Shown: positions 41,012-50,739, counted from the stretch's first letter. The stretch is DNA of 64,000 nt from Abditibacteriaceae bacterium (GCA_965277285.1 OZ255721.1:2560001-2624000), one strand, 5' to 3'. The notes: generated by a model not told the origin, from the sequence alone. Made by a program: numbers and translations.

Positions 41012-41917
41012 ATGAAAAAGTCTCTGATGGCTGTCGCGCTGTTGACAAGTGTTGCAATGGCCAGCGTTTCGAGTACTCGATTAACGGCGAGTACAGTTTC
41101 GACAAGCGTAATCGCGGTGCAACTTCAGACGACGAGACCGAATTTATCGTCGCCGGAAAAGTCGGTGCGTTCATTTGTGGCGGCGTTGAACGCGAGCCGT
41201 TTTGAGGACGCGGCGGGTTGTGTCGATGGCGCATCGCCGCGCGCCGATTTTAACGAATTTCGCCAGATGTGGAATAAAGAAAAACTGGGGGTTGCGCTTT
41301 CAGACTTGAAGGTCACTCTACAGGGCAACAAAGCAGTTGTCGCCGTGCGAGCCACTTTCAGATCGCGCGCTCATAGCACCGTCCAAAGGGGCAACATCTC
41401 TCTTGTGCGTCGTGATGGAAACTGGCTGTTGGTGCCTATAAGCGCCCAGGTTCTTGATGCAAATCCAAAAAATGTCAGTTGGCTTGCGCCTGTGGTCACA
41501 ATGTTGTGCTCACCCGAAGTTCTTGAAAGGTGGCGTAAAGAGGCGCAACGCGAGTCCTGCTCTTCCAATCTCAAGCAGATAGCGCTGGCGGCTATCATGC
41601 TGGCGCAAGACGACGAAAAACTGGCGATTACGCCGCAGAACTTCAAGACGAAACTGTTCACTTACAGCAAAACGATGCAGATTTTTCGTTGTCCCGATGT
41701 CGCCAGTGGCGAAAGCTACAGCTTCAACGGCAACTTGACTAACCTCGACATGAGCAAGATCGAGGGCGTCACAGCGTCCCGATTGGTGATGTTCTACGAG
41801 GGCAAAAACGGCTATCTCGATTTTCGTCATCTGGGAACCGCCAACGTCGCCTTTGCTGATGGTCACGTCAAAGCCATCACACGCGCTGAAGCAACCTCGC
41901 TCAAATGGAAGCCGTAA
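41012..41917 (+). CDS. Exported protein with an NTF2-like N-terminal region and a DUF1559/H-X9-DG-type C-terminal region
   Basis: Signal peptide; [15 protein letters not shown] and RHLGTANVAFADGHVK motifs. Confidence 0.75.
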   Translation: MKKSLMAVALLTSVAMASVSSTRLTASTVSTSVIAVQLQTTRPNLSSPEKSVRSFVAALNASRFEDAAGCVDGASPRADFNEFRQMWNKEKLGVALSDLKVTLQGNKAVVAVRATFRSRAHSTVQRGNISLVRRDGNWLLVPISAQVLDANPKNVSWLAPVVTMLCSPEVLERWRKEAQRESCSSNLKQIALAAIMLAQDDEKLAITPQNFKTKLFTYSKTMQIFRCPDVASGESYSFNGNLTNLDMSKIEGVTASRLVMFYEGKNGYLDFRHLGTANVAFADGHVKAITRAEATSLKWKP

Positions 41918-41934
41918 GCCTGACAAACATAACA

Positions 41935-41979
41935 AAGAAGCTCATCGAGTACTGAAATCGAGTACTCGATGAGCTTCTT
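41935..41979. terminator. Probable bidirectional terminator whose stem is made of palindrome copies
   Basis: AAGAAGCTCATCGAGTACT-gaaatcg-AGTACTCGATGAGCTTCTT between convergent genes. Confidence 0.75.
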
Positions 41980-41995
41980 CCGTCATGTGCCGACT

Positions 41996-42370
41996 TCAAG
42001 TTTTATCTTCGCCTTCCAGCGAATCGAGCAACAATTCGGCAGTCGCCAGGTTGAGCGCGAGCGGCACGTTATGCACGTTGCAAATGCGCACCAAACCTTG
42101 AACGTCCGGTTCGTGCGGATGCGCAAAAAGCGGATCGACCAGAAAAATCACGGCGCGCACTTCGTCTTGCGCCACGCGAGCGGCAATTTGCGCATCGCCG
42201 CCCAGCGGCCCCGATTGAACGCGCAACACGTCCAAACCGGTCGCCGGCGCCACCAATCCGCCGGTCGTTCCCGTCGCAATCAGCGAAAAACGCGCGAGCA
42301 CATCGCGCCGACGCCGCGCCAGCGCCACCAAGTCGTCTTTCTTGTTATCGTGAGCAATCAGTGCAAGCAT
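41996..42370 (-). CDS. mgsA: Methylglyoxal synthase
   Basis: [22 protein letters not shown] and PHEPDV motifs. Confidence 0.95.
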   Translation of the reverse strand: MLALIAHDNKKDDLVALARRRRDVLARFSLIATGTTGGLVAPATGLDVLRVQSGPLGGDAQIAARVAQDEVRAVIFLVDPLFAHPHEPDVQGLVRICNVHNVPLALNLATAELLLDSLEGEDKT

Positions 42371-42471
42371 AAGGCAATTTGCGCTTGTAGGGGCTTGGCG
42401 TGCCAAGCCCGTTTTGAATCAATCGAGTACTCGAAAGTCGGGCGTAGCAAGCTGACGACCCGACGGGAAAA

Positions 42472-43422
42472 CTATTTCTTCGGCGTGGCGATGACCATCG
42501 TCATGTAAACGCCGACGTTTTTCTGGCGGTCTGTCACCGTGAACAACGACGCGATTTCTTCTTCCAATTCTTCGGGCGCGAAGCGGTGAAACGGAATGCC
42601 GCCGTGGTGTTCGCCTTCTTTTTCCAGCCGCGTCGTGACGCCGCCGTAACGATACGCTGACAACAAGAACTGACCTTGCGCAACCAGCACGCGATGCGTG
42701 TGCTGCACGAACTGAGCGCGCAATTCGTGCGAAGGAATGTGCTGAAAAACACCGACGTGGGCGACGTGGCCAAAAGCGTTGTCGCGCAACGGCAAATGCG
42801 TCAAATCGGCGTGCAGATAATGAACGGGCGCGTCCGTTTTTCCAGCGTGCTGCACGCGATTGCGCAAAATCGAATCGCGCGACAGGTCGACCGCGACAAC
42901 TTCGCTGGCATAGCGCGCAAACAAATCGGTAAAGCGTCCAGTTCCGCAACCAGCTTCGAGAAGCGGCAGGTTTTTCGGCGTTTTCGAGTACTCGTTCTTC
43001 GAGTACTCGTTCATGACGCGCTTATACGCCGGCCACTCGAAAAGATGGAGCGCTTTCATCGAAATCATTTGATCGTAGGCTTCGGCTTGCTCGTCGCGCG
43101 CGCGACGCTCGCTGGCGATTCTCTTGAAATCGTGTTTGCGTTCATGCGTTTGGTGATGATGTTCTTCACCTGGATGCAAAACGTCCTCGAGTTCGTCTTC
43201 GTATTGCGCCAAAAACTCGTCGTCTTCGTTTTTCATGGCGCCGACGCGGAAAGCATCGCAGAAAACGCTGGGAATGCCGTCGCGGATCGGATACCAGCGG
43301 CGCGTTTGTTGGTTGACTAAAACGCCTTCGCGGATTTCAGTTTCGTCGCCTTGAAAACAGCGCAGTTGAAGCGGTTGAAAATCGTTGGGATCGAGCAGAA
43401 AATCGAGCAATCTTACGTTCAT
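42472..43422 (-). CDS. Class I SAM methyltransferase with N-terminal Trm112-like domain
   Basis: WYPIRDGIP and LLEAGCGTG motifs. Confidence 0.85.
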   Translation of the reverse strand: MNVRLLDFLLDPNDFQPLQLRCFQGDETEIREGVLVNQQTRRWYPIRDGIPSVFCDAFRVGAMKNEDDEFLAQYEDELEDVLHPGEEHHHQTHERKHDFKRIASERRARDEQAEAYDQMISMKALHLFEWPAYKRVMNEYSKNEYSKTPKNLPLLEAGCGTGRFTDLFARYASEVVAVDLSRDSILRNRVQHAGKTDAPVHYLHADLTHLPLRDNAFGHVAHVGVFQHIPSHELRAQFVQHTHRVLVAQGQFLLSAYRYGGVTTRLEKEGEHHGGIPFHRFAPEELEEEIASLFTVTDRQKNVGVYMTMVIATPKK

Positions 43423-43521
43423 GGAGTTCCGTATCGGTGATTCGTTGGGTGAATTGGTGTGCTAAAAGGATAGCTTAACGGCGTTCGACTTGCACCAGAA
43501 AACTTCCGGAGGAAACCTTTT

Positions 43522-44451
43522 ATGAGCCTTTTAGACAACGTTCGCCAGACTTTGGGCGATGCCGCCAACACCGCCCGCGAAGTCGGACAAAACCTGGGCG
43601 CGCAAGCCCAATCGCAACTTAACATCAAAAAAATGCAGCTCGATCAAGCCAAGAAACTGCGTGACCTGGGCGAAAAAACTTTCGCCTGGTACCAAAGCGG
43701 GCAGCTGATCGTGAGCGGCAATGTGCCCGCCGATGTGCAACAATTGTGTCGGGAAGTGGACGAATCGAGTACTCAATTGCGCTTGGAAGAAGCCAAACTC
43801 GAAGAGTTCAAGCAACAAGCCGCGCAACGCTCGCAAAACCCAAACGAACCCGCAACTCAATCGGGCGCGACTTACCCCGTTTTACCAACCACAAATCTGC
43901 CCAACACCAACTTACCAGCAACAGATTTCCCAGCCGCAAATGCGACAATTCCAACCATTCCGACCGTGACAACGCCAATGGCGCCGGCTAACACGGCAAC
44001 CGAAGTCACATCCATTCCCTTTCCTTCGGCTGCCGCACGTGATACGACCAACATCATGACGGGAAGCGATGCCACGAATGATTATCCAACGCCTGCGCTC
44101 ACCAATTCGGGCGCTACAGGAGTTTCAACAATGGGAACGAATTTTCCAACGCCGCACCACGAAGGCGGCGTGACCATGCCAGGAACCGGAATCGTCACCA
44201 ACCCGACGCCGCCCGCTTCTGCGCCCGAAACTTTGCCGCCCGCCGTTCCCGCGACTTCAGGCGCCGAAACTTCCGACGGCGATGCTCCAGTTGTTCCGGT
44301 TTCCGATTTGGCACCCTCGCCGCAGGGCGACACGACAATTGGCGGCGGCACCATGCCCGGCGCGCCCGGCGGCAGCGATACTCTGGGCGGCGGCATCAGC
44401 GGCGGCGGACTTGGTGGGTTGGGCGGCGGATTTGGTGGCGGCACGATGTAA
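43522..44451 (+). CDS. Hypothetical protein with a coiled-coil N-terminus and a Thr/Pro/Gly low-complexity tail
   Basis: GGAGG ribosome-binding site; coherent 309-aa ORF; hairpin follows at about 44474-44509. Confidence 0.75.
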   Translation: MSLLDNVRQTLGDAANTAREVGQNLGAQAQSQLNIKKMQLDQAKKLRDLGEKTFAWYQSGQLIVSGNVPADVQQLCREVDESSTQLRLEEAKLEEFKQQAAQRSQNPNEPATQSGATYPVLPTTNLPNTNLPATDFPAANATIPTIPTVTTPMAPANTATEVTSIPFPSAAARDTTNIMTGSDATNDYPTPALTNSGATGVSTMGTNFPTPHHEGGVTMPGTGIVTNPTPPASAPETLPPAVPATSGAETSDGDAPVVPVSDLAPSPQGDTTIGGGTMPGAPGGSDTLGGGISGGGLGGLGGGFGGGTM

Positions 44452-44513
44452 TTTCGAGTACTCGATAGACCCAAAAGCGCCGCGAGATTTCAGTTCTCGC
44501 GGCGCTTTTACGT

Positions 44514-44757
44514 TTACGGCTGGCGTTTGAGGAAGTTTTTGGCGGCGATGTAAGCGCCAATCAAGATGCAGGAGTGACAAAGAGCCGCTCCAAATGCTTG
44601 TTGCCAAGCCGAATGTCCAGGCCCAAAAAACATCCCAAACAATCTCCACGAAAAAACCTGCAACAAGTCCCGGCAACGCACCGAGTAACAACTGACAAAC
44701 CATCCCAAACCATTGCACAAACTCAAAACCGTTCAACTTGCGAATCAGTTCTTTCAT
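44514..44757 (-). CDS. Small membrane protein, possibly frameshifted
   Basis: ATG 44757 follows alkA; the hydrophobic sequence appears to switch frame at a T6 run. Confidence 0.4.
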
Positions 44758-44771
44758 ATCGAGTACTCGAT

Positions 44772-45422
44772 TCACAACGGATAAAGCGCGTCCAAGGTTT
44801 CGCCGCGCTCGATTTGAATGTTGTTATCCAAAGCGCGCCAAAGATACCAACTCGCCACGCTGCGAAATGGCTTCCATGGTTCGGCAATTTCGCGCATTCG
44901 AGTACTCGATGGCGCCTCTTCCAGCGCATACAACTTCTTCATCGCGTTACGCAGACCCAGGTCGTCAACCGCTAAAACATCTTCGCGCCCCAGAGAAAAA
45001 ATCAGAAACATTTCGGCTGTCCATCTTCCGATGCCGCGCATGGGAACGCGAGCCGCGATAACTTCCTCGTCGCTCATCGTGTCGAACTCACTAAACGAAA
45101 TCAAACCGTCGTTGATGTGGCGCGCCAGATCACGAATCGCCAGAACTTTGTTGCGCGACAAGCCAACGGCGCGCAAAACGTCGTCTTGCACCTTCGCTAC
45201 GAATTGCGGCGTAGGAAAATCGCGTTCCGCTTCGAGAGCCGCAAAGCGTCCGCGAATGGCGCGCGCGGCGTGCGTCGAAACCTGCTGCCCGATAATCGAG
45301 GACGACAAAGCGCGCCACGCATCAGGCTCGCAGCGTATCTGCGGATCGCCAACCTGCGCTATGACTTGCGCTAAAATAGTGTCGGATGCTTGCAGATGTT
45401 GGCGGGCCAGTTGGAGGTTCAT
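44772..45422 (-). CDS. DNA-3-methyladenine glycosylase II family (AlkA-like)
   Basis: IIGQQVS, GIGRWTAEMFL, DDLG and WKPFRS.A.WYLW motifs. Confidence 0.92.
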   Translation of the reverse strand: MNLQLARQHLQASDTILAQVIAQVGDPQIRCEPDAWRALSSSIIGQQVSTHAARAIRGRFAALEAERDFPTPQFVAKVQDDVLRAVGLSRNKVLAIRDLARHINDGLISFSEFDTMSDEEVIAARVPMRGIGRWTAEMFLIFSLGREDVLAVDDLGLRNAMKKLYALEEAPSSTRMREIAEPWKPFRSVASWYLWRALDNNIQIERGETLDALYPL

Positions 45423-45434
45423 AAAAGGTGATTA

Positions 45435-45833
45435 ATGAAAAAGTTCGTCGCTTCAACGTTTTTGATTCCGCATATCTGCTTTGATTGCCGCTTGAGTTTC
45501 AAGCGAGTTCATCAGAAAATAGCAGGCGAAATTTTGTGCCCGAATTGCAAGAAACCGGCGCGCATGATGGCGCGCAAGTTTCAAGCTCCACCACGCAACG
45601 ACATTCAACGCTGGGAGGTCGTCAGGCTGCTCTTCCAAAACGGCTGGCGTGGCTATGGATGGAACGTGACACCGCGAATATCTTTGCGAGCAGCCGAAGA
45701 ATACCTGAAACGAAAGGCCGAACGAGAACGCATCGCACAAATCAAAGGCAAACAAGAAGCGCAGAACGAGAAATGGCGAAAAATGCGCAAATGGCCGCAC
45801 GTTCATCTCGATGTGGAATCGAGTACTCGATAA
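45435..45833 (+). CDS. Hypothetical zinc-ribbon protein
   Basis: CFDC...CPNC cysteine pairs; AAGGTG upstream of the start. Confidence 0.7.
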   Translation: MKKFVASTFLIPHICFDCRLSFKRVHQKIAGEILCPNCKKPARMMARKFQAPPRNDIQRWEVVRLLFQNGWRGYGWNVTPRISLRAAEEYLKRKAERERIAQIKGKQEAQNEKWRKMRKWPHVHLDVESSTR

Positions 45834-45878
45834 GACGACGTAGGGGCTTGGCGCGCCAAGCCCCTACAAATTGCCAAC

Positions 45879-47717
45879 TCACTCCGCCAATTCTTCCATT
45901 TGCGCGATCACCTGGTCGAATACATCCAGCGCCTGATGAATCGGTTGCGGAGTCGCCATATCGACGCCCGCGCCGCGCAACAAATTGATGCTGGTGTCTG
46001 AACCGCCGCCGCGCAGGAAGTTGAGATAACGTTCGACCGCCGGTTCGCCTTCTTCTGTAATCTGCTTCGACAAAGCTGCCGCCGCGCTGATGCCAGTCGC
46101 ATATTGGTAAACGTAAAAGTCGTAGTAGAAATGCGGAATGCGCGCCCATTCAATGGCAACCGCGTCGTCAATTTTGACTTCGGCCCCATAATAATCGTCG
46201 TTCAGCGATTTGTATAATTCGCTCATGCTATCCGCCGTTAATGCCTCGCCGCGTTCGTTCAAGCTGTGAATCATCAGCTCGAATTCGGCGAACATCGTCT
46301 GGCGAAACAGCGTGGCGCGGAAACGTTCGGCGTAGGAATTCAACAATGAAAGTTGCAGCGCCTTGTCACCTATCTCGCGCGCTTCTTTTTGCAAATGCTG
46401 CGTCAACAACGATTCGTTCAATGTGGAGGCGACTTCGGCCACGAAAATCGTGTAACCCGAATAAACATAAGGCTGCGTTTCGCGCGTGTAATACGAATGC
46501 AGCGAATGTCCCAGTTCGTGCGTGAGCGTAAACGCGTTGTTCAGGTTGTCTTGCCAGTTCATCAAAATGTAGGGCGGCGTCGTGTAAGAACCATTGGAAA
46601 AGGCGCCCGATGTCTTGCCTTCGTTTTCCATGACATCAATCCAGCGACTGGAAAACGCCTTATCGAGTACTCGATTGTAGTCTTCGCCCAGCGGAATCAG
46701 CGAGTTTTTGACCGCCGTTTCAGCTTGCTCGTAAGAAATTTCTTTCTCGACGTTTTCCACCATCGGCACATACAAATCCCACATTTGCAATTCGTCCAAC
46801 TTCAACAGTTTCTTGCGCAAACGCAAATAGCGATGCAGTACCGGAAGCCGTTCGCGCACGGTGGAAATGAGGTTGGTGTAAACCTCGGTCGGAATTTCGT
46901 CGGGATCGAGAGCGCCGTGCAAGGCGCTGTCGTAATGGCGCACGCGAGCCGAGAAAACATGACTTTTCACGGCGCCGGTCAGGTTCGAGGCGAGCGTGTT
47001 GCGCCACTTCGCGTATTCGCCGTGCATCGCCCTGAAACCGTTTTCGCGCAAGGTTCTGTCCGGCGATTCCAGAAATTTGATGTAGCGCCCGTGCGTCAGT
47101 TCAACTTCGTTGCCGTCTTTGTCCAGGACATTGGGAAATTTCAAGTCGGCGTCGCCGAACATTTTGTAAACCGTGGATGGCGCGCTCGTCGCTTCATAAG
47201 CCTGCGCCAAAACGTCTTCGACTTCGGCGCTGCGGATATGCGGACGACGGCGTTGCAGCTTTTGCAAATAGTATTCGTAAAGCTTCAGTCCAGCTTCTTC
47301 GTTGACGAAGCCTTGCAACACATCGGCGTCGAGTTCGAGGATTTCCGGCTCGATGAAAGCGGCTGCCGACGCCAATCGAGTACTCAACATCTTGACGCGT
47401 TCCAGGCGCGCCTGACTTTCGGCGTTGGCATTGTCCTGGCTGCGTTTCAAGCTGGCGTAACTGTAAAGTCGCCCCAGCGTTTTGCCGATTTCGTCGCTGG
47501 TTTGCAGCGTATTAAGCAAACTCCAGCCGTTGTGCAAAGTGCCTTGCATTGCACTTAAAGGCGCAATATGGTTTTCGACAACTTGAAAATCGCGCTCCCA
47601 ATCTTCGTCGCGCTCGTAAACCAAGGTCAAATCCCACGTCAATTCGGTCGGGATTTCATGGCGTTTGGGCAACGGGTTGGAAGCTGTCGTCGGAACATCT
47701 GTTTTTTCGTAGAACAC
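45879..47717 (-). CDS. pepF: Oligoendopeptidase F (peptidase M3B)
   Basis: TWDL, HELGHSLH, AEVAST and RIPHFYYDFYVYQYATG motifs; GTG 47717 with GAGG upstream. Confidence 0.95.
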   Translation of the reverse strand: MFYEKTDVPTTASNPLPKRHEIPTELTWDLTLVYERDEDWERDFQVVENHIAPLSAMQGTLHNGWSLLNTLQTSDEIGKTLGRLYSYASLKRSQDNANAESQARLERVKMLSTRLASAAAFIEPEILELDADVLQGFVNEEAGLKLYEYYLQKLQRRRPHIRSAEVEDVLAQAYEATSAPSTVYKMFGDADLKFPNVLDKDGNEVELTHGRYIKFLESPDRTLRENGFRAMHGEYAKWRNTLASNLTGAVKSHVFSARVRHYDSALHGALDPDEIPTEVYTNLISTVRERLPVLHRYLRLRKKLLKLDELQMWDLYVPMVENVEKEISYEQAETAVKNSLIPLGEDYNRVLDKAFSSRWIDVMENEGKTSGAFSNGSYTTPPYILMNWQDNLNNAFTLTHELGHSLHSYYTRETQPYVYSGYTIFVAEVASTLNESLLTQHLQKEAREIGDKALQLSLLNSYAERFRATLFRQTMFAEFELMIHSLNERGEALTADSMSELYKSLNDDYYGAEVKIDDAVAIEWARIPHFYYDFYVYQYATGISAAAALSKQITEEGEPAVERYLNFLRGGGSDTSINLLRGAGVDMATPQPIHQALDVFDQVIAQMEELAE

Positions 47718-47833
47718 GTTAATTTCCTCGCTCTTTTTTCGCAGTTTATCGCATGAGGCGCATCCTCGAAAAAGCTGGCAAAATGAACAACACGATGAGA
47801 CAGCAAATGGAAGACAACACAAAGGCAATCAAA

Positions 47834-48829
47834 ATGACTCCTGAAAAGAAGTTACGGGTAGCGATTATTGGTGCGGGTGGTTGGGGAATGCAGCACGCGC
47901 GCGTTTTCTCCGAGCGCCGCGATGTCGAACTGTGCGCAATTGTCGGGCGCACGCGAGAGAAAACTGAACGGCGCGCTATCGAGTACTCGACGCGCGCTTA
48001 TTTCGACATCGCGCAAATGTTGGAAAGCGAAAAACCTGATTTGGTCAGCGTATGCTTGCCCAATCAAGAGCATTTCGCGCCGACGCTGCAAGTCATCGAA
48101 GCGGGTTTCCCGCTGCTCGTCGAAAAGCCGCTCACTTTTGAAATGGAAGAAGCCGATGCGTTATTAAAAGCGGCGACGGAGCGCGATTTATTTTTCGCTA
48201 TCAACTTCAACCATCGTTATGCGCGACCAATGCAAATGGCGCGCGAGGCGATTGAAGCCAATCGTTTGGGCGAAGTCGTCTTTGCGACGTGGCGTTTCGG
48301 CGGCGAAGGCGGCGGCGATCATCCGCACGCGAACTTGATCGAAACGCAATGTCACGGCTTCGATAGTTTGGAATATCTGTGCGGCCCGATTGCGTCCGTC
48401 ATGGCACAGATGACGAACAAAACCGGCAAAGGCTACAGCACGATGTCGATTGCGTTGCAGTTCCAAAACGGCGCCGTCGGTAACCTGTTGGGCACTTACG
48501 ATTCGTCTTACGCATATTCGAGTACTCAATCGATGGAAATCAACGGCACCTTGAGTCGCATTTTGATTGAAGACACGGTGCAGCGTTTTTCGTTTCAACG
48601 TGCGGGAAGCGAAACGCGCGAAGAATGGCAGGCCGGTTATTTCAACGACCGCGACCGCACTTTTGTGCGCACCTTCGATGCTCATCTCGACGCCGTTTTG
48701 CACGCGTTGCGGCACGGAGAAGAGCCGCCAATTCACGCAAGGGCTGGACATCGCGCATTGGTCTTGGCGCTCGCCGCCATCGAATCGTTTGGAAGCGGGC
48801 GCCGCGTGGAAACACCTTATTCTGAATGA
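47834..48829 (+). CDS. Gfo/Idh/MocA oxidoreductase
   Basis: IIGAGGWG and LVEKP motifs. Confidence 0.9.
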   Translation: MTPEKKLRVAIIGAGGWGMQHARVFSERRDVELCAIVGRTREKTERRAIEYSTRAYFDIAQMLESEKPDLVSVCLPNQEHFAPTLQVIEAGFPLLVEKPLTFEMEEADALLKAATERDLFFAINFNHRYARPMQMAREAIEANRLGEVVFATWRFGGEGGGDHPHANLIETQCHGFDSLEYLCGPIASVMAQMTNKTGKGYSTMSIALQFQNGAVGNLLGTYDSSYAYSSTQSMEINGTLSRILIEDTVQRFSFQRAGSETREEWQAGYFNDRDRTFVRTFDAHLDAVLHALRHGEEPPIHARAGHRALVLALAAIESFGSGRRVETPYSE

Positions 48830-48902
48830 TCGTGAGTTCTGCAAAAAAAGTTAAAGCCGCCATTTCACATTGCAATTGGAATGGCGGCTTTCGATTGACA
48901 AA

Positions 48903-48983
48903 GAACCCGAAGCGTGAGCGACGGGTGAACTAACAGTCCAATATCGCTGTTAGTTCAGCCCGTCGCTCACGCTCTGGGTTCGT
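48903..48983. repeat. REP family A inverted pair
   Basis: GAACCCGAAGCGTGAGCGACGGG ... CCCGTCGCTCACGCTCTGGGTTCG. Confidence 0.85.
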
Positions 48984-48986
48984 TGT

Positions 48987-50372
48987 TCAACGCACAAATG
49001 CGATAACGACGGCAATAATCGCCATTACAATGGAAGCAACCGACAACATCATATTGGTGCGCAGTTGTTTTTGCAGAACGTCGCGTTCGGCGACAAGAGC
49101 CGTTGTAATTTCGGCGTGATGCGCTTTCAATTGCTGCGGAATGGTTTCCAGTTGCGAGGCGAAAGCGTTCCGCGAACGTTCGAGTTCGTCCATTTTGGGA
49201 ACGATTTGCCCTTGCGTTTCGCGCACCTCGTTCAACGATTTCGAGTACTCGACAATGCCGTTTTGCACTTCGCCGATTTTGCCGACAAGTTCGTCTTTCA
49301 GTTGAAGTTGAGCGCGCCGTGCCGCGTCGTCAAAGCGTTCGACAATGGCGGGCAAAGCCGAAATGTGACCTTCGATTTCCTCAACGCGCGTCGTCACATC
49401 GCCGACTTCTTCTTCCAATGTTTCCTGGTTGCGCGACAATTGGCTCCACGCGCCCTGCATTCCGGTCATCGCGGAAAGCGCGTGCGAACCGTCGCCCGTT
49501 TCGGCGTAAATGGATTGCTCCATCACTTTTTTGGAGGCGATGACGTCGCGCATTCCGACTTCAAAGTGACGCTGGTGAATCTTTTTTTCGTTGTCCGGGC
49601 CAGGTTCGGTCGTCGCCATTTGCGCGGCTTTCAAAACCGCGTTTTTGATGTCGCCGCCGCTTACGTTGTCGAACTCTTCGCCCAACTTTTGAAAATTGAC
49701 ATCGTTCGATAACGGCGTTTTGCGCGCGTGCAATTGCGCTTTCCAGATGAGCGCGCGCGTTGGTGCGTCCGGCATTTCAAACAAAATGTGAGTGCGAATG
49801 CGGCGTTCAAAAGCGGGATCGAAGTTGGCCGCCATATTCGTCGCAAAAATGACGACGCCCGCGAAACTTTCCAATTCTTTAAGCAAAACGTTGACGACCG
49901 TGTTCGCCTCGCGCTGATAACCTTGCGTCACGCTGGCGAAGCGGCGTCCGGCAATAGCGTCGGCTTCATCGAAGAACAACACCGCGTCTTGTTCGGCTGC
50001 CGCATGAAAAACTGCTGACACATTTTTGCCGGTTTCGCCCGCCCACAAACTTTCCATTTCGCTGTAGCGCACGACCAGCAGTTTTTTGCCCAGAGAGTGC
50101 GCAATCGCTTCGGCGCAGACGGTTTTGCCGGTTCCAGGCGGCCCGGCGAAGTTGAACGCCAGCCCCAGACCCGTGTTGTGCCGTTCGCTCAAACCCCATT
50201 GACTGAAAATGAGGTCGTGTTTTTTGATTTGCACCAAAGCCTGATCGAGAGCGCGGCGCGTATTGGCCGGAAGAATTACGTCGTCGAAAGTACGTCGCGG
50301 CACCAGGGCTTCAACCAATTCTTTCTTGGGTTGAACGGTGCCGAAAATGAGATCGCGCAGAGGATTCGCCAT
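48987..50372 (-). CDS. AAA+ ATPase with coiled coil and C-terminal membrane anchor
   Basis: GPPGTGKT, FFDEAD and DPAFERR motifs; hydrophobic C-terminus. Confidence 0.9.
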   Translation of the reverse strand: MANPLRDLIFGTVQPKKELVEALVPRRTFDDVILPANTRRALDQALVQIKKHDLIFSQWGLSERHNTGLGLAFNFAGPPGTGKTVCAEAIAHSLGKKLLVVRYSEMESLWAGETGKNVSAVFHAAAEQDAVLFFDEADAIAGRRFASVTQGYQREANTVVNVLLKELESFAGVVIFATNMAANFDPAFERRIRTHILFEMPDAPTRALIWKAQLHARKTPLSNDVNFQKLGEEFDNVSGGDIKNAVLKAAQMATTEPGPDNEKKIHQRHFEVGMRDVIASKKVMEQSIYAETGDGSHALSAMTGMQGAWSQLSRNQETLEEEVGDVTTRVEEIEGHISALPAIVERFDDAARRAQLQLKDELVGKIGEVQNGIVEYSKSLNEVRETQGQIVPKMDELERSRNAFASQLETIPQQLKAHHAEITTALVAERDVLQKQLRTNMMLSVASIVMAIIAVVIAFVR

Positions 50373-50478
50373 ACCTTCAAGTACACCGCAAAACGCCGCA
50401 CGTTTCCACCAATAAATAACCAATGGTGCGGATTTGCGCAAAAGGCAAGGCCATTCGCACCAATACTATTAACTAATA

Positions 50479-50638
50479 GTGCGGGTTTGGCGTCGCCCGC
50501 CCATGAATAAGCGGGCTGAAGTGAAAAAGCCCCATGAATGGGGCTGCCGGAATCGACGAAACACGGCACGCGAGGCCGCTTTAGCGGTCTTGCGAATTCA
50601 GCCCGCTCATTCATGGGCGGGCGCTTGCAAACCCGCAC
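50479..50638. repeat. REP family D composite inverted-repeat element, copy 1
   Basis: CGCCCGCCCATGAAT.AGCGGGCTGAA ... TTCAGCCCGCTCATTCATGGGCGGGCG. Confidence 0.85.
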
Positions 50639-50739
50639 CAAAGTTATTCAATCGAGTACTCGAATGCCTTTTGTTTTTGCCGCCAGGCGCATATTTGGGG
50701 CAAACTGCGATCATCGAAAAAGATACGGAGAGTTCTTGA

